DNA of 64,000 nucleotides from Calditrichia bacterium (lineage in GTDB: Bacteria > Calditrichota > Calditrichia > JAJRVZ01), in the NCBI GenBank assembly GCA_963777955.1, contig CAVZSQ010000023.1, positions 14,935-78,934 of the forward strand, given 5' to 3'. The position numbers and the translations under genes are program-made. The first letter of the stretch is position 1, and each line of letters opens with the position of its first letter. The notes below the pieces were generated by a model. That model saw nothing but the letters and a program-made list of their open reading frames with translations, made no database searches and was not told where the DNA came from. This document shows, piece after piece, positions 57,194 to 64,000 of the stretch.

Positions 57194-58254
57194 TTATCCG
57201 GATAACAATTTGTGATGATTTTCCGGTCTGATTTTTAATCCGTTATATTTTGCTTTTATAAAATAAACTGATTCCGGCAGCACCGACCAGGGATACCTTA
57301 TCAATAAGGAAAGTCCCAGGGCACAAGCCGAATGGCAGCGGGTATCGCAGTCAGGCTGATCTCCGAATTTTGATAGTCCGGCACGACGCAGAGAGTGTAA
57401 ATCCGGCACGGCCAGAATATTTCCCGCCGGTTTACCGAACTCCAGGCATGGATAGTAAACTCCACCCTCAGGCGAGACCACCAGCATGGTGAAAGGATGG
57501 CACCGGAATTTCCTTAAATCACGCATATATTGCAGATACTGAACGGTCCGAAGATTCTGACACCCTTCTTTTTCTCGCCAATTAAATAATTATAAAATGA
57601 AATATATTCATCATTATTGACCAGCTCCGGGTGTGCTTTCACGCCCATTAATTGCGGAGCGGCGGCAAAGAGAAAACCATGAAGTTGGGAATAGCGGAAA
57701 ACTTCGTATAAATCCGGAATGTTTTCGGGAGTAACAACACTGGATATAACCACTCTGAATTTCCGGGACCTGTGGTATTCGGCAGTCAAATCAATGTTGG
57801 TCAGTATCCGGTCTAAAGCACCTGTCCCGATGCCATACCAGCAATCAGCTTTTTGGCAATCCAGAGTATCCAGGCTGATCACCAGTTCATGGACAGAAGC
57901 GGCAATCTGCTGCAGGTAGTTTTGGAGCTGAAAACCGTTGGTGGTCAATATCACTTTTTTAAAATTCAATGCCGGTACTTTTTCCATGATTTCCGCGAAA
58001 TTATCGGATAACAATGGTTCCCCGCCGGTTATTACTACATAACTACTGTGCGCTCTGATTCTTTTTAAAATTGATATCGCTGATTCCGGATGCACTTTTA
58101 TTCTGGGCAACTTATAATATGGTATTTGCGATCCATCGCAGCAATAAGGACATCTGAAATTGCAGTCATAACTTAGATAATAAACCGCCAACAGCGGATG
58201 CCAGCGCGTTGACCGGCTGTTGAACTTGTGATTCAGAAATTTCAAAAATTCCAA
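57194..58254 (-). CDS. Radical SAM enzyme with C-terminal Cys-rich (twitch/SPASM-like) domain (frameshift near 57535)
   Basis: CNFRCPYC, TGGEP, TTNG, ISLD; ORF 57194-57526 has C...VSPEGGVYYPC...CDTRCHSAC. Confidence 0.82.
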
Positions 58255-58274
58255 CTGGTACTCCAGGGATAGTA

Positions 58275-58931
58275 CTAAAATAAGAGTGGAATAAACCGGT
58301 ATTTGACTTTTTGCAGGTACAACCGATATTCAGGAAAAGAAAGCAAAAATTTCTCTTCCAGAATTGCCCGGTAAACATAACAGGCTGTTGAAACCAAAAA
58401 CATTAAAGCGGTGAACAGGTTAAAATGGCTGACCATATAACCGCAGCGCAACAGAATATCCGTTGCATACATGGGGTGCCGTACAAAGGTATATAGTCCC
58501 CGGGTTTTTATTGAGCGGTGGGCAATTAAAATTCCGAAACTTCTGCCCAGGTTAATCAGAGATACAGTACCGAGTACGTTTGCCAAAAATATTATGCTCC
58601 CCGACCATAGAATTAAGGTTGGGTCAGCGGTTTGCCGCTGACCCATAAAAACCAGTCCGGACATGAAGGCTATAACTGCTATCGACTGGCTGAAGATATT
58701 CTTATCAAACTTCTTATGCGGTAATCTTAAGAGAATGAGCAGAAGCATGATCACATTCTGTACCGCGAACGATACCTCGACAAAGCCGATGGTATTACTT
58801 TTATGACTCTGATAAAGTTGCCAGCCGGTCCAGACGGCGATGTTCAGACCCAGGTAAATATTCAGAATCAGGTGCCTGTTCCGGGAACAAAAACCGGAAA
58901 ACCGGGTCAAGCCATATTTTATCATAAGCAT
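58275..58931 (-). CDS. ICMT/PEMT-family integral membrane methyltransferase
   Basis: Multiple TM segments, LGRSFG, GLYTFVRHPMY, RAILEEKFL, Y..Y..KV.YRFIP. Confidence 0.8.
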   Translation of the reverse strand: MLMIKYGLTRFSGFCSRNRHLILNIYLGLNIAVWTGWQLYQSHKSNTIGFVEVSFAVQNVIMLLLILLRLPHKKFDKNIFSQSIAVIAFMSGLVFMGQRQTADPTLILWSGSIIFLANVLGTVSLINLGRSFGILIAHRSIKTRGLYTFVRHPMYATDILLRCGYMVSHFNLFTALMFLVSTACYVYRAILEEKFLLSFPEYRLYLQKVKYRFIPLLF

Positions 58932-58943
58932 ACTGACAGTTGA

Positions 58944-59996
58944 CTAATGATCTGCAAGCGGAATTTTTAAGGTCATTCTGTAAAAATCATATAAATTCCG
59001 GATTTTATTTTCATCATACATCAGTGTTTCTACCGATCCCCGGCAACTGGTCCAGCATGAATCACATTTATTTATTTTTGAAGCCTGCAATAATCTGTGC
59101 TTTAAATCAATAATATTATCGTGGATGATATTACCGAATGGCTGGTCGCGGCTATCGATACAGAAACTAACATCACCCTGACTATCAATGTTTAAAAAAT
59201 TTATCCCGGCCCGGCAGGGGTGTTTGCCGTTCCCCTGATTTATGCTGTTTCCAAATTTTGCCAGATATCCGGTCAGAGATACAAAACTATTATATTTCTT
59301 CTTCAAATAGATTAAGTGGGAGCTGACATCTTCAGTGGGATTAGAAATATTATTTTTACCACGCCCATGACTGTACAATGTAATCATGTAGGTAACACCG
59401 AGTTTCTTGCTTAACTGAATCAAGGGTTCAATTTCCTGCAAATTATCATCCATGAGAACTGAGATCATATGAACGCGTTGATGATTATGACAGCGGCGAT
59501 TATTTAATATCTGCAGGGCCTTCACTGCCTGGTTAAATGCGCCGTCTTGGCCACGCTGGGTATCATGTTTTTGAGGATCGGCGTAGTCAAGCGAGATACT
59601 CACCTCATGCATACCCGCCCGGAAAAGTCTGCGGGCATTTTCATCATTGATGTGCCAACCGTTGCAGATCATCACCGGAAAATTATTCCGGGCCAGTATT
59701 CTGGTTATATCAATTATATCCTTGTGTAATAACGGTTCTCCTCCGCCAATAGAAACTATTTGCGGTCCGATGGCTCCTAACTTTTCGACAATAATCCTGA
59801 GATCCGATATGGTTAAAAAAGGCAGTTTGGCATATTCCGATCTCCAGAAATCGCAAATTCTGCACCTGAAATTACAACGATAACAAATTTGCAGGTTAAT
59901 GTGGACAATATCTTTTCTTAAAAACGATAATAAATATCGTGTTTTTTTCAACTGTTCCCGGGTACTAAAAATCGTGACCTCCTGTTGTAAGTACAC
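58944..59996 (-). CDS. Radical SAM enzyme with C-terminal twitch/SPASM-like domain
   Basis: CNFRCRIC, GGGEPL, SISLD, HDTQRG; CRAG..IDSQGDVSFC...CDSCWTSC. Confidence 0.85.
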   Translation of the reverse strand: MYLQQEVTIFSTREQLKKTRYLLSFLRKDIVHINLQICYRCNFRCRICDFWRSEYAKLPFLTISDLRIIVEKLGAIGPQIVSIGGGEPLLHKDIIDITRILARNNFPVMICNGWHINDENARRLFRAGMHEVSISLDYADPQKHDTQRGQDGAFNQAVKALQILNNRRCHNHQRVHMISVLMDDNLQEIEPLIQLSKKLGVTYMITLYSHGRGKNNISNPTEDVSSHLIYLKKKYNSFVSLTGYLAKFGNSINQGNGKHPCRAGINFLNIDSQGDVSFCIDSRDQPFGNIIHDNIIDLKHRLLQASKINKCDSCWTSCRGSVETLMYDENKIRNLYDFYRMTLKIPLADH

Positions 59997-60016
59997 TTTT
60001 AATGGCAGGAATTAAT

Positions 60017-61387
60017 TTAAACATTAACCTCACGCCAGAAACGTGGATCTTTTTGCCGATAAATTAAATTGTATGAACAGGCCGGGATCATTTGTCCAGT
60101 TTCGTCCGGAACCAGGTCGCCGCAACGATTGACCCGCGACAGATCAAAATTTAAGGCATCCATATGAGGATGGATATAGATCATTTTAACCATTTTTTCA
60201 GCCCGCAGCCTTCTCTCCTCCGGCGATAAAATCCTGTCGGCAGGATAAATCTGTTCGACATAATTTTTAAGGGTCCTGATAACATCCTCATGCTCTCCTT
60301 CTGCCCATAGCCGATCGATGCCATTTCGAAAATATCCGGATAATTCAGGACCCGCATTCAGAACATAGGATTTTTCGGTAAATTTCTGCAAAATATTTTT
60401 ATCAATGAGCCTGGACAGGGAAATAATTTGATTATCATGAACCAGATAATAAGCAACAGAATAGCAGAGCGGATGATATGTACTTAACGGGAAAAAGTCC
60501 TTCGGCGAAAAATCCTTATTGGCCGTCAGAAGTTCTTCAACCTGATCAATTGTAATATACTCATGCGGATAAAATTTGCTGCCATTCAGGCCGGTAAAAG
60601 TCATATTCTGAATGGTAATACTTCGTACAAATTGTTTTTTGAAATATCTGCCGACGATATCGGCAACATCCCCCTCATTGATATTCTTAATGCAGACAGA
60701 TAGAATTGTTGTAGGTATATCCAATTCTTCCAGAACTTCCAGTGCCCGTCTTTTATATTGAGTTATATCCTTCCCGTGAATTATCACACTTTTTGCCGCA
60801 TCAAAAGTGTTTAAAGATAGAACCAATTGCACCCCTGATTGTTTAATCCTTTCAGCAAAAGCATGGTCCTGTGCAATTTTTAATCCATTGGTATTCATGG
60901 TAATCCGCTTGATGCCTTTTTTTTGGCAGGCTTTGATAAGATTAAATATATCCGGATGCAGGGTCGGTTCGCCTCCGGTAAGATTAATCAGATCAACTTC
61001 TCCGGCCTGTTTGAGTATATGATCAATAATCTTTTCAGTATCGCGCAGGGATTTATAATATTTAAGATCCGGCCGGTTGAAGGTAAAGCAAATCCGGCAA
61101 TCCAGATTGCAGTCATTCGTTACCGAAAAAACCGGCAGTTGCAGCCAACCGGAGTGGCATTCACAAATACCGCAATCCCAGGGGCACTCCCGTTCGCGTT
61201 TTTTTACTCCCGGCAGCTGATACATTTCCTGCGGCTCGGACATTCGTTCCATGTACCACTTATAATCAGCAACGACCTTGACACTTTGCGGGCCCAGTAC
61301 CGGACACAGACGCTCCATATAGACACTACCGCTGCGGACAACCATCCTGGCCATTTCTGTTTTCTGACAATGGTCACAAAAGGCCAC
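60017..61387 (-). CDS. Radical SAM enzyme, Tes/GDGT-MAS-like, copy B (true start may be slightly upstream)
   Basis: CDHC...CPVLG, ECPWDCGICECH, CNLDCRIC, TGGEPTLHP, YHPLC, HMD..NFDLSRVNRC..GQMIPACSYN. Confidence 0.78.
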   Translation of the reverse strand: MAFCDHCQKTEMARMVVRSGSVYMERLCPVLGPQSVKVVADYKWYMERMSEPQEMYQLPGVKKRERECPWDCGICECHSGWLQLPVFSVTNDCNLDCRICFTFNRPDLKYYKSLRDTEKIIDHILKQAGEVDLINLTGGEPTLHPDIFNLIKACQKKGIKRITMNTNGLKIAQDHAFAERIKQSGVQLVLSLNTFDAAKSVIIHGKDITQYKRRALEVLEELDIPTTILSVCIKNINEGDVADIVGRYFKKQFVRSITIQNMTFTGLNGSKFYPHEYITIDQVEELLTANKDFSPKDFFPLSTYHPLCYSVAYYLVHDNQIISLSRLIDKNILQKFTEKSYVLNAGPELSGYFRNGIDRLWAEGEHEDVIRTLKNYVEQIYPADRILSPEERRLRAEKMVKMIYIHPHMDALNFDLSRVNRCGDLVPDETGQMIPACSYNLIYRQKDPRFWREVNV

Positions 61388-61422
61388 GGTGGAATTCAGA
61401 TATAATGAATTTGAATCTGGAA

Positions 61423-62145
61423 TTATATGCCTCCATCCACAAAAATATTCTGACCATTAACATAACTGGCTTTATCTGAAGCCAGAAAACAGACTACCTC
61501 GGCAACTTCCGCGGCGGAACCCGGCCGGCCGGTTGCACAATGATTCAAATAGGCCTGTTTCATCTCTTCGGGTATACCTCTGGCTACCCCATCTTCCAGC
61601 ATTCCGGGGGAGACACAATTCACGCGGATAGCAAATCGTTTTAACTCTATGGCCAAGGCAAAGGTGAATCCCGCCATAGCCGATTTCGATAAGGCATAAT
61701 GAACCGGGACATCAAACAACCTGTGGCCGGCGATAGATCCAATATTTACAATCACTCCCTTTTTATTCCTGATCATACCCCTGATAATAGACTTAGTCAG
61801 GAAAACCGTACCTTTAATATTCACATCGATCATCTGGTCAAAATCATCTTCTTCCAGCAATGAAAACGGCATGACCTGACTGACGCCGGCGTTATTGACC
61901 AGGACGTCAATGGATTCATATTTTTTATAAAGGTCTGTGATTTTACTTTTAATATCGTGTGTATCTTTCAAATCAATCTGCACGGCCTGCAGACCCGGCA
62001 ATTCGGTTTTCATGTTATGTGCCTGCTGATCATTCTTATGATACGAAAAAATAACTTTGGCCTGATAAGCCAGACATTTTTCACAGAGAGCCCGGCCCAG
62101 ATAACCCGTTCCTCCGGAAATAAACACAGTTTTATTTTTCAGCAT
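61423..62145 (-). CDS. fabG: 3-oxoacyl-ACP reductase-like SDR
   Basis: SGGTGYLG, VNNAG, YALSK, IRVNCVSPG, VDGG; likely start MLKNK at 62145. Confidence 0.8.
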   Translation of the reverse strand: MLKNKTVFISGGTGYLGRALCEKCLAYQAKVIFSYHKNDQQAHNMKTELPGLQAVQIDLKDTHDIKSKITDLYKKYESIDVLVNNAGVSQVMPFSLLEEDDFDQMIDVNIKGTVFLTKSIIRGMIRNKKGVIVNIGSIAGHRLFDVPVHYALSKSAMAGFTFALAIELKRFAIRVNCVSPGMLEDGVARGIPEEMKQAYLNHCATGRPGSAAEVAEVVCFLASDKASYVNGQNIFVDGGI

Positions 62146-62530
62146 TTTTTGCCTGCGTCTGTATTTTGGATTCAATGATCATGGCCAGGTCACTGACAGT
62201 AATCAGAGAAAATAATTGCACTTTGTTCATGCCGGTAAAAAGTTTTTCCCTTTTGTTGTAAAAAGTACTCTGTAACAAATTCAAGCCCTCGCTATTCAGT
62301 TTCCCACCTTCAAATAATTCATCGGTCTTAATGTTTTTTCCTCCGGCCATCATTGAATTTACTGTCAATTCCACACCAAAAGTTCGGTCAATCAAATGAA
62401 AGATTTCCACAAAATCGAGACTTTCAGCCCCCAGATCAGTAATCAGTGAATGCCGGGGTTGCACATCATCGATGGAATTCAAGCCAAATACCGGCAGCAG
62501 AAGTTTTCTCAGTTTATTCTCTACACTCAT
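62132..62530 (-). CDS. Extended acyl carrier protein (132 aa)
   Basis: DLGAESLDFVEI..IDRTFGV phosphopantetheine motif; long insertion before ITVSDL. Confidence 0.85.
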   Translation of the reverse strand: MSVENKLRKLLLPVFGLNSIDDVQPRHSLITDLGAESLDFVEIFHLIDRTFGVELTVNSMMAGGKNIKTDELFEGGKLNSEGLNLLQSTFYNKREKLFTGMNKVQLFSLITVSDLAMIIESKIQTQAKNAEK

Positions 62531-63112
62531 AATTCCTCGCTTTTGGGATAACCCAGAGGTATAATAGCGCCAATATTTCTTCCTTTTTTTATATTAATTA
62601 TCTTGCCAATCTCTTTTTCAGCAATTAACGGACCGGTCATATAACAGGCTCCTAAGCCCAGGCTTTCCGCGGCCAGCAGTACCAGCATTACTACGCACGA
62701 GATCGACTTGGTGAAATTATCCCTTTCCCATTGCCGGAGTACTCCTGAGTTTTTGCTCAACATTGCCGTTAAACCCGGTGAAATTCTGAAAGTCCGGGAT
62801 AATTAGCACCGGTGCAAATTTAAAAAAACAGAAATTTTCGCTATACTGCAAATAATCTGTCTGATAATCATCTAATATATTTCCCTGAATCTCATCTGAC
62901 TTTTCTCTAACAGCTTCAGCAATTTTTTGAATGATTTTTGTATCGTTGATCACCATCAATTCCCATTTCTTGCTTCCCGAAGCGTATGGTGCAGTATGAG
63001 CGATCTTCAATATTTTATCCAGATTGGCAGATGATATGCCTCTGGCGGAAAAACTTCTGGTACTCCTTCTTTGACTGCAGATGTTCAGCAGAGTTTCGTA
63101 ATTACTATTCAT
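62527..63112 (-). CDS. Nitroreductase-family flavoprotein (frameshift near 62790)
   Basis: RRSTRSF, AHTAPYASG..W, FAPVLI; LAAESLGLGACYM, IPLGYP. Confidence 0.85.
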
Positions 63113-63830
63113 CAGACGCCTCTCTGGAATCCTCCGTCAATCGAAAATATTTTTCCATTGATAAAGAAGTGTTTTCACTGCACAAGTAGGCCACCATGGC
63201 GGCCACATCTTCCGGTTTCCCCAGCCGGCCGGAAATTGTACTTTGTTCGACTTCTGCCCTGGCATAACTTAGTAATTCCCGTAAACTGCCGCTGGCTATG
63301 GGTCCCGGAGCAACGGCATTGATCCTTACACCTTTACTGCCATATTCCGAGGCCATGGCCCGGGTAAACGATTCGATAAAACCTTTACTACCGGCATATA
63401 CCGTCTGTCCGCGATTTGCTCTCTGGGCCGAAACAGATGAGATATTAACTATACTACCCCGCCGCCGCGCCACCATACCGGGGATAACTGTCCGGCATAG
63501 TTTGACAACCGCAATGATATTTATTTGTATCATATTCTGAATGACTTCATCAGTCAGGTTGACCAGCAAATCGACCCTGGTCAGAGCAGCACCATTAACC
63601 AGTATATCGACATCACCAAGCCCTGAACAGAAAGCATCCAGATCATGATTGTTCCTGAAATCCACACAGCGCGTCTGGATACGGGCTTTGGTACTGCGCA
63701 GTAAGGCATCCAGGACACTCAAATTTTGATGATACTGCAAAACAACTTCATCCGTATCGGTTATCAATTCTTTACAGATGGCCAGCCCAATTTCAGAACT
63801 GGCACCAGTAATCACTACTCTACTGCTCAT
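63112..63830 (-). CDS. fabG: Second 3-oxoacyl-ACP reductase-like SDR (frameshift near 63165)
   Basis: TGASSEIG, RGQTVYAGSK, VRINAVAPG; restoring one T gives FINGKIFSIDGG with TGA overlapping the next ATG. Confidence 0.78.
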
Positions 63831-64000
63831 ATTTTTTTATCACCATGGCTGTATTTTGACCGCCAAAAGCGGCATTGACTTTCAGGATATACCTGATTTT
63901 TATATTAAGCGGTATATCTTTTATTACTCGTAAAGGTACATCCGGATCCCTTGTTTTAAAATTAATTGTGGGTGGGACCTGTTGGTTCTGCAGTGAATAG
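63820..64000 (-). CDS. C-terminus of a beta-ketoacyl-ACP synthase (FabF/FabB-like), truncated by the window edge
   Basis: Own translation: YSLQNQQVPPTINFKTRDPDVPL...ILKVNAAFGGQNTAMVIKKYEQ*, matching the ketosynthase PPTIN...FGG.N tail. Confidence 0.8.
   Translation of the reverse strand, partial: YSLQNQQVPPTINFKTRDPDVPLRVIKDIPLNIKIRYILKVNAAFGGQNTAMVIKKYEQ

Noticed and set aside
57194..61387. RiPP cluster (radical SAM/SPASM maturases)
   Set aside because: No precursor peptide, RRE, peptidase or transporter is visible, and the ACP/KS/KR context points to acyl substrates. The part of the operon beyond the window is unseen.
54508..64000. Calling the operon a ladderane or aryl polyene cluster
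   Set aside because: The visible part has no B12-binding radical SAM, phytoene-desaturase-like gene, dehydratase or aryl-loading enzyme, so the product class cannot be assigned.

Overview
Bacterial DNA, most consistent with a non-Bacteroidota FCB-group organism such as KSB1 or Calditrichota. This is inferred from the TonB-receptor/PorV cassette and nine proteins with Por/FlgD-type C-terminal sorting domains. About half of the genes are split by single-base frameshifts, which look like long-read indel errors. The window has four parts. (1) 1-30 kb, + strand: a glycan-utilisation region with two paralogous TonB-dependent receptors and no SusD, a PorV-family barrel, GH31, GH13, GH2, GH12, an unclassified clan GH-A enzyme and a complete non-phosphorylative L-fucose pathway. 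(2) 30-40.6 kb and 46-54.4 kb, - strand: a DUF6057/TolB-like/Rid trio, a second GH31, a CotH-family protein, two GH3s, a GH5 and uncharacterised secreted proteins. (3) 40.7-46 kb: an AT-rich accessory patch with REP-like palindromes, an attC-like site and small ORFs. (4) 54.5-64 kb, - strand, truncated at the window edge: the most interesting part. It is a tightly coupled type II fatty-acid/polyketide-like operon (ketosynthase, two ketoreductases, an extended ACP, nitroreductase, membrane methyltransferase, DUF1571, acyltransferase) with four radical SAM enzymes. Two of these carry the motif set of archaeal tetraether synthase (Tes/GDGT-MAS), suggesting a possibly undescribed pathway for C-C cross-linked or cyclised bacterial lipids. 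All family calls come from motif recognition by eye; no searches were run.
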